Below, piece after piece: positions 47,039-56,135 of a stretch of 64,000 nucleotides of DNA. Position numbers and translations under genes: made by a program. How positions within the stretch are numbered: position 1 is the first letter of the stretch; every line of letters starts with the position of its first letter. The notes below the pieces were generated by a model. It searched no databases. It saw nothing but the letters and a program-made list of their open reading frames with translations, and was not told the DNA's origin. The stretch comes from Thermomicrobiales bacterium (GTDB lineage Bacteria; Chloroflexota; Chloroflexia; Thermomicrobiales; UBA6265), in assembly GCA_020432165.1 (NCBI GenBank), contig JAGQGU010000003.1, positions 4,357 to 68,356 of the forward strand, in the 5' to 3' direction.

Positions 47039-47950
47039 TTGATCAAGTACGCCCAGCTTCCCGTGTTTGATGTGCAGCCAACACTATTGGTTGATCTACC
47101 CTGCGATACTGGCGAGGGTCCACTTTGGGATGATCGCACCAACACACTCACCTGGAACGACATTCCTGTCGGCACACTTTATCGCTACGATCCAATGGAT
47201 GGTACGAATCGGGTGGTATATCAGCATCACGCGGCAATCGGAGGGCATGTACTGCAGGAGGACGGAAGCCTGGTGCTCTTCTGTGCAGATGGTCAAATTC
47301 TGGCATTGCACCCGAACGGCACGATCGAGACGATTATCGATCACATTCCGGCGGTGATAGGGAGCCGCTTCAACGATGTCATCGCCGACTCAACGGGCAG
47401 TGTCTATGCTGGCACCATGCCGCTCGGCGCGAATGGCGATCTCCCCGCTCATCTCTACCGACTTCATACCAATGGTTCACTCGAGTTGGTTTGGGATGAT
47501 CTTGGCCTCGGCAATGGTATGGGGTTTAGCCCCGATGAGCGCACATTTTATCACTCAGATTCGAACAACCGGGTCGTCTATCGCGCAGATTACGATGCTG
47601 GCACAGGCGCGATCGCTAACCGCTCGGTGCTCTTCGCCCTCGACGATGATGTCGCTGTGCCAGATGGCATGACCGTCGATGCCAATGGGGATATCTGGTT
47701 GGCTGTGTGGAATGGGAGTTGCCTGCTCCACTACTCCGCTGAAGGTGAGCCGCTGGGACGTGTGCCGTTTCCGGTGAAGAAGGTGAGCTCGATCAACTTC
47801 GGCGGCGATGATTTCGGTACCGGATTCGTCACGACTGCTGGTGGCCTCAATCGCGATGGTGATGATGGTGATCTGGCAGGATCATTGTTCGCGGTCAAGA
47901 TTCCCGGCGTATTCGGGAAGAGCGACTATCGCAGCAAGATCGGGCTGTAG
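47039..47950 (+). CDS. SMP-30/gluconolactonase/LRE-family protein
   Basis: GEGPLWD, six-bladed propeller repeat pattern, PDGMTVDANGDIWLAVW. Non-ATG (TTG) start. Confidence 0.8.
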   Translation: MIKYAQLPVFDVQPTLLVDLPCDTGEGPLWDDRTNTLTWNDIPVGTLYRYDPMDGTNRVVYQHHAAIGGHVLQEDGSLVLFCADGQILALHPNGTIETIIDHIPAVIGSRFNDVIADSTGSVYAGTMPLGANGDLPAHLYRLHTNGSLELVWDDLGLGNGMGFSPDERTFYHSDSNNRVVYRADYDAGTGAIANRSVLFALDDDVAVPDGMTVDANGDIWLAVWNGSCLLHYSAEGEPLGRVPFPVKKVSSINFGGDDFGTGFVTTAGGLNRDGDDGDLAGSLFAVKIPGVFGKSDYRSKIGL

Positions 47951-47990
47951 GCCGGGTACCCGGCTTCGGAATAACGACCATTCGGACCAC

Positions 47991-48031
47991 AAAGAGAATG
48001 AGCCCCGAGATAATCCCGGGGCTCACTCTTT
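47991..48031. terminator. Bidirectional terminator hairpin
   Basis: AAAGAGaaTGAGCCCCG...CGGGGCTCACTCTTT between convergent genes. Confidence 0.6.
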
Positions 48032-48040
48032 GCCTGCTAA

Positions 48041-49831
48041 CTATCGATTCCGATTACGCGGGTCGAAGCCGATATCGTCATCCCAATCGTCCAGTTCTGG
48101 CTCGACGACCGGTTCAGAGCGGCGAATAGTGGGTGGTTTCGGCATTGTTGGCGGCTGAGGCATGGGCGCCTCGTAAGGATCATCCATCTCCTGCGGCTGC
48201 ACCGGGCGTTGACGCCGGGTTGGCTGCGCCTGCTGTTGAGATTGAGGCTGCGCCGGACGCTGCTGCCGTGGTCGAGGTTGCCGTGGTGCGAACTCCTGCT
48301 CAATCTCCTCAAATTCCGTGAACTCCTCCGGCGCTGGTCGACGCTGACGCTGCTGCGCTCCACGTTGCTCCTGTCGTGGTGGCGGTGCCTCCCCACGCTG
48401 TCGCTGTCGTGGCCGTTGATCCTGTCCGCGACCCTGCTGTCGTCGCTGATTCGGTTCGCCAGCACTGGCTGGTGTCGCGCCCGGGTCATCATCGGTGGCG
48501 CCAGGAAGGCGACCGAAGACCTGGTAGAGGATGATGGAACCAAAGGTGCCGAGCGCAATGCCATTCAGCGCGAAATCGCCGATATGCATCGTCAGATCAG
48601 CGGCACCGACCAGCAAGGTCACGGACGCCAGGAAGAGATTGATACCCTTGCTGAAATCGACGCGGTTATCGATCCAGATACGGATACCGGCAGCGGCAAT
48701 GAGACCGAAGAGGACAACCGCAACACCACCGAGAACGCCAGCAGGGATGGACTGCACAAGTGCGCCGAACATCGGGCTGAAGCCCAGCAGCAAGGCAACA
48801 CCGGCAGCGATAACGAAGATCGCCGTGGAGTAGACCTTGGTGACAGCCATCACGCCGATATTCTCGGCATACGTGGTGACACCGGTACCACCGCCAAAGC
48901 CAGCGACCATGGTGGCCACACCATCGCCAATAAACCCGCGGCCGAGGAACGGCATCAGGTTACGACCGGTCATTTCGGAAACAGCCTTGATGTGACCGGT
49001 GTTTTCAGCCACGAGAATAACAGCAACCGGCGCGATCAGGCCGATAGCGTTGCCTTCAAACTTGGGAGCAGTGAAATTGGGAAGGCCGAGGATGGCGGCC
49101 TCTTTCACGGCCGTCAGATCGACACCCTGGAAATGGATGCCGAGCACATCGCGTCCTGCCGAGGTCGTTCCGCCCAGTATCAAGGCGACAAGATAACCGG
49201 CCAGTGTACCGATGAGAATCGGCAATCGACCAATCAGCCCTTTGCCCATAATCGCAACGGTGAAGATCGCAAGGATCGTGATAATCGCCAGAGGCATGTT
49301 GCTTTCGGCCAGAGGCTTGGCGCCAGCCGTGGCGAGATTCAAACCGATGATCGCCACCACACCACCGGTAACAATCGGAGGCATGAGCGCATCGATCCAT
49401 TCGGATCCATAGAAGGCCACAGCCACACCAATAAGTGTGTAGATGAGACCACAGATAACAATGCCACCGAGTGCGTACGGTATCCGCGCGGGATCGTTAC
49501 CCAAACCGCCAGCCACAGCGGTAACTGTCAACACTGGTGCAATGAACCCAAAGCTGGAACCGAGGTAGCTCGGAATCTGTCCGCCAGTAATGATGAAGAA
49601 GAGCAATGTACCAATACCGCTGAAGAAGATTGCGGTATTCGGGTCGAAACCCATCAGGATCGGTGCCAGCACGGTGGAGCCAAACATGGCCAGCACGTGC
49701 TGCAAACCCATCACTGTGGTATCGCCCCATGGCAATCGTTCGTCCGGCTGAATCAAGCCGGAGCGACGCTCGCGCCAGGAGAAAAGATTGCGGAAGTAGT
49801 CCTGAACTGCCGCAACGTCGAACTGTTGCAT
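48041..49831 (-). CDS. NCS2-family nucleobase (uracil/xanthine-type) permease with long low-complexity C-terminal tail
   Basis: NCS2-like TM core (GLQHVLAMFGSTVLAPIL, ...ENTGHI...). ATG 49831 follows GGGGAGGG. The last ~170 aa are rich in Q/R/P/E. Confidence 0.85.
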   Translation of the reverse strand: MQQFDVAAVQDYFRNLFSWRERRSGLIQPDERLPWGDTTVMGLQHVLAMFGSTVLAPILMGFDPNTAIFFSGIGTLLFFIITGGQIPSYLGSSFGFIAPVLTVTAVAGGLGNDPARIPYALGGIVICGLIYTLIGVAVAFYGSEWIDALMPPIVTGGVVAIIGLNLATAGAKPLAESNMPLAIITILAIFTVAIMGKGLIGRLPILIGTLAGYLVALILGGTTSAGRDVLGIHFQGVDLTAVKEAAILGLPNFTAPKFEGNAIGLIAPVAVILVAENTGHIKAVSEMTGRNLMPFLGRGFIGDGVATMVAGFGGGTGVTTYAENIGVMAVTKVYSTAIFVIAAGVALLLGFSPMFGALVQSIPAGVLGGVAVVLFGLIAAAGIRIWIDNRVDFSKGINLFLASVTLLVGAADLTMHIGDFALNGIALGTFGSIILYQVFGRLPGATDDDPGATPASAGEPNQRRQQGRGQDQRPRQRQRGEAPPPRQEQRGAQQRQRRPAPEEFTEFEEIEQEFAPRQPRPRQQRPAQPQSQQQAQPTRRQRPVQPQEMDDPYEAPMPQPPTMPKPPTIRRSEPVVEPELDDWDDDIGFDPRNRNR

Positions 49832-49963
49832 CGAAGGCCCTCCCCAGAGACATCGTGTTTTGCAAGACAGTACCTGCACGCTCTATTGTGACGGGCGCAA
49901 GGCATCTGCACAAACGAACGTACACCAGGAATATCCGGGGAGAGGAACAAATGATGAAAATGT

Positions 49964-49999
49964 GTAGTGAAGCCCGGGTGAGCCCCTGGGCTTCACTAC
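49964..49999. repeat. REP-like hairpin with GTAG/CTAC at both ends; likely terminator of the 50007-50873 gene
   Basis: GTAGTGAAGCCC-gggtgagcccct-GGGCTTCACTAC. Confidence 0.5.
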
Positions 50000-50006
50000 A
50001 AAAAGC

Positions 50007-50873
50007 CTAGAGGAACCTGCGAGCGGTGGCGATGCCATCCAGGATACCGTCCACGGGTTCGGCGAAACCCTCGAACTCGATCGAGACGTATCCCTGATAG
50101 TTCACCTTATCCAATACCTGGCGAATACGAGCGTAGTCCAGGCCTGGCACACCGACACGGCTACCACCCAGATACATCTTGGCATGCACCATAGCGAGAT
50201 CCTCGGTGAAGACCTCCATCTCGGCGTATTGATCTTCCAGATGGAAGAAGTTGCCGGTGTCCAGCACGAACTTCAGATAAGGCGAGGCCACGGCATCGTG
50301 GATCTCTTTGGCACCGGCGGCGGTACCGGTGGGACCCCAATGATTCTCGAGAACGAGTGTGATGCCCTTCTTGCCCGCGTACGCAGCGGCATAGCGCAAG
50401 CTCGTGGTCGTCCAGGCGAGGCCATCCTCATGAGTGTAGCCTTCGGCCGGTGGCTCACCACCGTTATTCGCTGTCAGCTGTGCGAAATCGGTGACTGTAT
50501 TCCAGCGGCCGCCAAGCACACGCACGAATGGCGCGCCGAGGATATCTGCCCAATCAATATGCTGGATAAGCTGCGCCAGATCGTCAGCACGATCAGCCGC
50601 GCTCGTCTTGAGGGCATTGTTGCTGGCGGCCAGTGTGACGACACGGATTCCCCGGATGGCTGCGTACTGAGCCAACTCGGCCAACTTCTCTGGCGTGGTG
50701 ACATCGCTCAGCGTGAGATGCTCGTTCAGAAACTCAATGCCATCAACTCCCCATGCGACGCAGTGATCGATCATCTGGAAGACATCCGGCACATCTGTGA
50801 AATCGTATTTTGTGTGACCATCGCCCTTCATACCGCTGAAGGAATAGGAGGAAATCGCAATCTTGACTGTCAC
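50007..50873 (-). CDS. Sugar-phosphate isomerase/epimerase (xylose-isomerase-like TIM barrel)
   Basis: 288 aa with the typical AP-endonuclease-2/TIM pattern (GVDGIEF, LENHWG, DTGNF, SIEFEG). Confidence 0.8.
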   Translation of the reverse strand: MTVKIAISSYSFSGMKGDGHTKYDFTDVPDVFQMIDHCVAWGVDGIEFLNEHLTLSDVTTPEKLAELAQYAAIRGIRVVTLAASNNALKTSAADRADDLAQLIQHIDWADILGAPFVRVLGGRWNTVTDFAQLTANNGGEPPAEGYTHEDGLAWTTTSLRYAAAYAGKKGITLVLENHWGPTGTAAGAKEIHDAVASPYLKFVLDTGNFFHLEDQYAEMEVFTEDLAMVHAKMYLGGSRVGVPGLDYARIRQVLDKVNYQGYVSIEFEGFAEPVDGILDGIATARRFL

Positions 50874-51088
50874 AGGTAACCCGCCTCTATGCTTTATCCG
50901 CTGAGCGCACCATTGCGCCCATTAGCGCTAACTGCAACACGGATCGGGCTACTCGTCAATCGGGAATTAGGGCAGTTATCGCCGTTCCTGTCCTGTGGTG
51001 GTGACCTTCATAGTCCCCTCGCAAGGATTGGTTGCAGTCACGAATCTTCCCGGGGTGGCCACAAGTGCCACCATTACCAATTATCTCT

Positions 51089-51664
51089 CTATTCGAAGTC
51101 CAGGTACTCCGGATGCAATTCCCGAAACTCATCTATGGTCATGCCATAGAGCAGGAGATCGTGAAACTGACCGTTGCTGTAACCATGCCAGCGACGACAT
51201 CCTTCCTCGATAAATCCCAGCTTTTTGTGCAGCGCGATACTGGCGTCGTTGAAAGCAAAGACACCAGGTTCCGCCTTGCGATAGCGGAGTTCGAAGAAGT
51301 AGTAGCGCAGTACAAGCAGGATCGCTTCGCTGGCATAGCCACGGCCGCGATACTGTTCCCGGACACTCAATCCGTACTCGAATGTTCCCTGCCGGGGATT
51401 GCAGTGGTGCGTATCGATGGAACCGACATGCTCACCAGTCTCAAGCACCTCTATCTGGAAGAGAAATTCATTGTTGTTGCGGAAGCCCCCTTCAATAGCG
51501 GCTTTCTCAGTCCAGGCCATTTGGCTCGCACGACTGGTTGGCGGGTAGACGAACTCCAAACTGCGATCGACATCCCGTTCCTGGTTGAGAAGATAGAAAT
51601 GCTCTCCATCGCCAGGCTCGGTTGCACGCAGTCGCACGAGGTTACCTTCCCAATATGGTTTCAT
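51089..51664 (-). CDS. GNAT-family N-acetyltransferase (RimJ/RimL-like)
   Basis: LRATEPGDGE..., QYRGRGYASEAILLVLRYYF, NDASIALHKKLGF. ATG 51664 follows AGGAAAA. The track ORF to 52003 is an unsupported extension. Confidence 0.85.
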   Translation of the reverse strand: MKPYWEGNLVRLRATEPGDGEHFYLLNQERDVDRSLEFVYPPTSRASQMAWTEKAAIEGGFRNNNEFLFQIEVLETGEHVGSIDTHHCNPRQGTFEYGLSVREQYRGRGYASEAILLVLRYYFFELRYRKAEPGVFAFNDASIALHKKLGFIEEGCRRWHGYSNGQFHDLLLYGMTIDEFRELHPEYLDFE

Positions 51665-51731
51665 GGTGATTTTCCTCATCAATATCGACGACGCTATCGT
51701 CGATGCGGGCGGATACGCACGGCGATCCGCC

Positions 51732-52121
51732 CTACGTATATTGCTCACATTCGTGCGGATGTTGTTCGCACCACGGTGTATCGCCGGGTAACCTGCGCCG
51801 ATTGTTGGCGATGACCCGGTAGACCGCTTGCCCCACCTGTCGCACCCCGGGAAGTGTACCAAGGCGCCAGGGCCACCAGTTGTTCCACATAACTGCAAGA
51901 ATGAGAAAGGCCGCATCCGAGCCATAGGCGATATGACCATCGTCACCAACAGCCCACACAGCCCGAGCGCAATCGGCTGGCCGTATCTCATGCCAGCCGC
52001 CATCCGGAATCGTTTGACATGGGCGAAAGGTCAATACATGGCGCTTGTCGTGCTCGCGGAGAAAGCGAATGGTACGCGTACAAACGCCACACTCGCCATC
52101 GAAAATCACCGTTACCTTCAT
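51732..52121 (-). CDS. Thiol-disulfide oxidoreductase DCC-family (DUF393) protein
   Basis: VIFDGECGVCTRTIRFL has the CxxC motif at the DUF393-typical position. Confidence 0.8.
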   Translation of the reverse strand: MKVTVIFDGECGVCTRTIRFLREHDKRHVLTFRPCQTIPDGGWHEIRPADCARAVWAVGDDGHIAYGSDAAFLILAVMWNNWWPWRLGTLPGVRQVGQAVYRVIANNRRRLPGDTPWCEQHPHECEQYT

Positions 52122-53401
52122 CCGCCTTCTCCACCAACGAGCTTGCCGGTCACGATATCCTCGATGAGATGGTCGGATGCATCAACACCGCTCTCGCCAT
52201 CGTATTCACCTTCGACAGAGGCAACGATAATCACCCCCACGCCCGACAGCTGACAGCTCGTAACCCCACCCGGAAGCGTCACCGTTGGCACAATACCGCT
52301 CACGCGTTCGGAAACGGTGCAGCCATCGGGCGCGGCGATACTCTTATAGGCGGCAGAAGCGATCCGATCCACCGACCAATCGGCGCTGAGTGTACCCTGC
52401 ACAATCTGTACTGCCGCGGTAACCTGATTGTTGGGTACGGCATCGGTATAAAGGGGTAGCACGACGACGGTCATGCGAGCACCATTGGGGCCAACATAAA
52501 TCGCACCCAAACCGGAGTATGGGAAGACCTGGGCATTCAGATCGGCACTCCCAAGCACCGAATCCGAAGATCCGCTGCGCAGTCGCGTCCAACCCGTACC
52601 AAGAGCACTTTCATCCGGCAAAAACGGTCGCATATCGATACGGACCTGGGTGAGGCCATCGCCAGTCTGTACCACATTCGCGATCTCGCCACTCCCCTGG
52701 CTGATGCGGAGAACACCCACCATGCCCTGCTGTTCGTGGCCAGGCACCGAACAGTAGAAATTGATGGTCGTGCCGGGTTGGGTCTCGCTCGGCACCCGCA
52801 CCAACACCATATCGCCAGGAGCGATTGTCTGATTGATCTTCCAGTCATCCACAACAAAATGATGGGAAATGACACCGGTGTTGACTATTTCGATCAATGT
52901 CCCGGGTGCGACAGAAACGATAGCTGGCTGAAAGGTGAAATCGTCCAGCGCCTCTATCCGCACTCGCGCCTGGGGTTGTGTCGGCTGCAAGGTGGTATTG
53001 AGCAGAAGCCCGGCCAGGATATCCTCCGGACTCACCACCGTCAGCGTACCCACAAGTCCGCCCTCCCGATCTCCCGGAATGCTGCTATAGAACTCCACGG
53101 TTGACCCAACCGCAACGTCACTGGGAATGGTGTAATCGACTGGCTGAAGCGATGCGAGGCTGATATCCACCGACCAGGCGTCGATGGTGAACGTATGGCG
53201 CGAGACATCGCGATTGGTGATGGTAATCGTTTGTCCCGGTGCAGCCGAAAGATCGGTACTGCTCCAGACATAGCCTTCCAACACATCAAGGGTGATGGGC
53301 GGGAGTGTGGTTTCCTGGGTGCTCGCGTTCAGGGGAATCATCATCCATGCGGTGATGATGGCTATGAGGAATAGTCGTGGTGCTCGCGATATGCGGAGCA
53401 T
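52118..53401 (-). CDS. Secreted tandem-cupredoxin protein (one intact type-1 copper site)
   Basis: Signal-like N-terminus and two cupredoxin-like repeats. Repeat 2 has HHF...FYCSVPGHEQQGM (H, C, H, M ligands). Repeat 1 has FYSSIPGDREGGL at the same positions. Confidence 0.7.
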   Translation of the reverse strand: MLRISRAPRLFLIAIITAWMMIPLNASTQETTLPPITLDVLEGYVWSSTDLSAAPGQTITITNRDVSRHTFTIDAWSVDISLASLQPVDYTIPSDVAVGSTVEFYSSIPGDREGGLVGTLTVVSPEDILAGLLLNTTLQPTQPQARVRIEALDDFTFQPAIVSVAPGTLIEIVNTGVISHHFVVDDWKINQTIAPGDMVLVRVPSETQPGTTINFYCSVPGHEQQGMVGVLRISQGSGEIANVVQTGDGLTQVRIDMRPFLPDESALGTGWTRLRSGSSDSVLGSADLNAQVFPYSGLGAIYVGPNGARMTVVVLPLYTDAVPNNQVTAAVQIVQGTLSADWSVDRIASAAYKSIAAPDGCTVSERVSGIVPTVTLPGGVTSCQLSGVGVIIVASVEGEYDGESGVDASDHLIEDIVTGKLVGGEGG

Positions 53402-53409
53402 CTGCTCAC

Positions 53410-53859
53410 CTACCCCGTACTGGATAAACGCTGCATGCGGAGAAATGCTGTAGCCATGCGCAATACGCTGCGTACCTCGGCCTTGGCCTGAGCGGATATC
53501 GCATCATCATTCAGAAGCATGACGAGATCGACCATCGAAGGATCGTCCCACAGCTCCGAGCGAAATCCGGCAGAAGCCAGCAAACGATCGCGATCCATCG
53601 CCGGAAGTACCATGGCATCCGCGATCTGGATGATGCTCAACCGCTCCGGAGCGCGCTGCCCGGCCTCGAAGCGGGTAATAGAACTGGGATCAAGTCCAGC
53701 CTTCTTGGCGAGATCGGCTTTGGATAGGTTGCGCTCCTCGCGTAACTTCCCCAAAAGCTCAGGAAAAGTCCGAGCAATCAAACGGCGATCAGCGACTGGT
53801 GCGGTATCCGCCCGCAGCAGTTCGTTCATACCCGTTTGACTAATTACCCGATCTTCCAT
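53410..53859 (-). CDS. XRE-family HTH protein
   Basis: LREERNLSKADLAKKAGLDPSSITRFEAGQRAP. ATG 53859 follows GGAGGG. The track ORF to 54069 overlaps the response regulator. Confidence 0.75.
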   Translation of the reverse strand: MEDRVISQTGMNELLRADTAPVADRRLIARTFPELLGKLREERNLSKADLAKKAGLDPSSITRFEAGQRAPERLSIIQIADAMVLPAMDRDRLLASAGFRSELWDDPSMVDLVMLLNDDAISAQAKAEVRSVLRMATAFLRMQRLSSTG

Positions 53860-53941
53860 CGATACCCTCCACGTACATATGGGTGCAAGGATACCGTTTT
53901 CCGAATCGTAAATGGGGAAATGGCAGTCACTGCCGGCAGAA

Positions 53942-54601
53942 TCAGCGTTCGTCCTCACCCAGGCGGAGGAATGTGAGCACAGCCAGAACCCGACGATGCA
54001 TGGTCTCGGCATCCTCCAGTTCGAGCTTGGAGAAGATACCCCGAATGTGCTTCTCCACCGTTCCTTCACTCACATAGATCTGATCGGCGATGGCGGCATT
54101 GGTCTTGCCTTCAGCCATAAGCGCGAGTACTTCGTGCTCGCGTGGTGTCAGGGCATCGAGACGATTATCGGTGCGACGGCGCGTGACGAGCTGAGTCACC
54201 ACCTCCGGATCCAGTACCGTACCGCCGCCAGCTACCTGCTTGATGGCGCGGATAAAATCGCGCACGTCAGCGACGCGATCCTTCAGCAAATACCCCACGC
54301 CATTGGTGCCACTTTCGATGAGCTCGGCGGCGTAGCGCTCTTCCACGTACTGACTGAAGACCACGATGGGGGTATTTGGAATCTCCTTGCGGATGGTTAC
54401 GGCAGCGCGCAATCCTTCATCACGGAAGCTCGGTGGCATACGCACATCGACGATCGACACATCAGGGCGATGCTCTCGCACCGCCGAGATCAAATCGTCG
54501 CCATTGTCTACAGCGGCAACAATCTCGAACCCCTGCTCTTCCAGCAGGCGGATGAGTCCTTCGCGCAGGACTACAGAATCTTCGGCTATGACGGCTCGCA
54601 T
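53942..54601 (-). CDS. NarL/FixJ(LuxR)-family response regulator
   Basis: REC domain (VIAEDSVVLREG...DVSIVDVRMPP) plus a LuxR HTH (LTPREHEVLALMAEGKTNAAIA). Confidence 0.93.
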   Translation of the reverse strand: MRAVIAEDSVVLREGLIRLLEEQGFEIVAAVDNGDDLISAVREHRPDVSIVDVRMPPSFRDEGLRAAVTIRKEIPNTPIVVFSQYVEERYAAELIESGTNGVGYLLKDRVADVRDFIRAIKQVAGGGTVLDPEVVTQLVTRRRTDNRLDALTPREHEVLALMAEGKTNAAIADQIYVSEGTVEKHIRGIFSKLELEDAETMHRRVLAVLTFLRLGEDER

Positions 54602-55983
54602 GGGATCTCCACGATGATACGCGTGCCATTACCAGGCGGACTGGCGAAGGCGAACGTCCCCTCTAGCGCGTAGATACGATCTCGCAAGCCCCGCATACCA
54701 GTGCCTCGCTCCAGATCGGCACCTCCGCGCCCATTATCGGTCACAGTGATTCTAAGCCAATTTCCATCTCTCTGAATGCTCACTCGCGCCCGGGTGGCAC
54801 CAGAATGCTTGGCAACGTTGGTCAAGGCCTCCACCACCACGAAATATGCGGTACCTTCTACTTCCTCAGACAAACGCTCGTGCAGATGCACCGCGACATC
54901 GACAGGTATCGGGGAGCGACTCGCCACCGCAGAGACGGCAGCATCGAGTCCACGATCGGTGAGCACCGCAGGATGAATACCACGCACCAGTTCACGCATC
55001 TCGGTCATGGCACGTTTGGCACGCTCGTGGCTCTCTTCGATAAGCTCGCGCGCACCTTCCGGATCATCCTCCAGCTTCTCCCGCGCGCGCCCAAGATCCA
55101 TCGCCAGCGCCACCAACTGCTGCTGAGCACCATCGTGGAGATCGCGTTCAATACGTCGACGTTCCAAATGCATGGCGCGCATGACGGCGGAGCGACTCTC
55201 TGTGAGCTCGGTGACACGTTCGGTCAGGACCTCCTCCTGCGTGGTACCGAGCAGGAGCAGACCAAGCTGCCCGTGTAATCTGGTGGCCAGATGGACAAGC
55301 GCTGCCATTGGCACCGCCAACATGATCCCCAGCGCAAGGATGAAGAGTGCCATCAGGGGATTGGAAATCTGCATTCCCCACATACCCTGGCCCTCGCCAA
55401 AGATAAAGTAGAAGAGAGGTCTCCAGATAAGCTGAAGCGGCCAGACCACCAATCCCAATTCGATAATGCCAATGGGAAAGAGCAGCGCCATATAGAGGAA
55501 ATCACGCCAGACCTGGGGTGATTTAACCAGCTGCCAAACACGCTTCGCGACGTTGCCGGATGTGACGTCCCACGGATGTTGCTGGGAGACATTGATCTGG
55601 AGGAAGGCGGAGAGGCGGCTGCGTTCGATCTGCGCACCCCAGAGCATGAGTGCGAAGGTCCATGCCAGGATAGCCACCCCAATACCGATGAAGGAGAGAC
55701 CAAAGCCGACGGCCAACCCTACGACAGAAACAACGAAGAATACGAGTCCGATAGGAAAACTGGTGAGGCAAAAGACGGCATCGCTCAGCACGCGCCAATT
55801 GCGCACGCCGGGGATACTGCGAAGAATGGCCCAAAGCCAACTGGTATCCTCCAGCTTGCGCTGAATGGAAGCATCCAGGTTCCCGAACGGGGCAAGACGA
55901 TTCTCCTGTGGGAGTGGTTCGTCCAACCAGGCATCGTCGTACTCGTATTCGTATTCATCCAACACTGGCTGCTGCCGCGGCAT
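54586..55983 (-). CDS. Sensor histidine kinase (HisKA_3/NarX-DesK type)
   Basis: Multiple TM segments, H-box ERRRIERDLHDGAQQQL, and a HATPase C-terminus. Overlaps the regulator gene by 16 nt. ATG 55983 preferred. Confidence 0.9.
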   Translation of the reverse strand: MPRQQPVLDEYEYEYDDAWLDEPLPQENRLAPFGNLDASIQRKLEDTSWLWAILRSIPGVRNWRVLSDAVFCLTSFPIGLVFFVVSVVGLAVGFGLSFIGIGVAILAWTFALMLWGAQIERSRLSAFLQINVSQQHPWDVTSGNVAKRVWQLVKSPQVWRDFLYMALLFPIGIIELGLVVWPLQLIWRPLFYFIFGEGQGMWGMQISNPLMALFILALGIMLAVPMAALVHLATRLHGQLGLLLLGTTQEEVLTERVTELTESRSAVMRAMHLERRRIERDLHDGAQQQLVALAMDLGRAREKLEDDPEGARELIEESHERAKRAMTEMRELVRGIHPAVLTDRGLDAAVSAVASRSPIPVDVAVHLHERLSEEVEGTAYFVVVEALTNVAKHSGATRARVSIQRDGNWLRITVTDNGRGGADLERGTGMRGLRDRIYALEGTFAFASPPGNGTRIIVEIPCEPS

Positions 55984-56135
55984 GCAGAAACCTCCATCCT
56001 CATCTGCAAGTATGACGAGTAATGGCAAGATGCACTATGCCGCCTATCCGGCGATAGACGGTAGGGTTAACCGGAACAACAGCAAAGCCCGGATTGCCAC
56101 CCGGGCCTTGCTTGAGATATCGAATGTTTGCGGCG

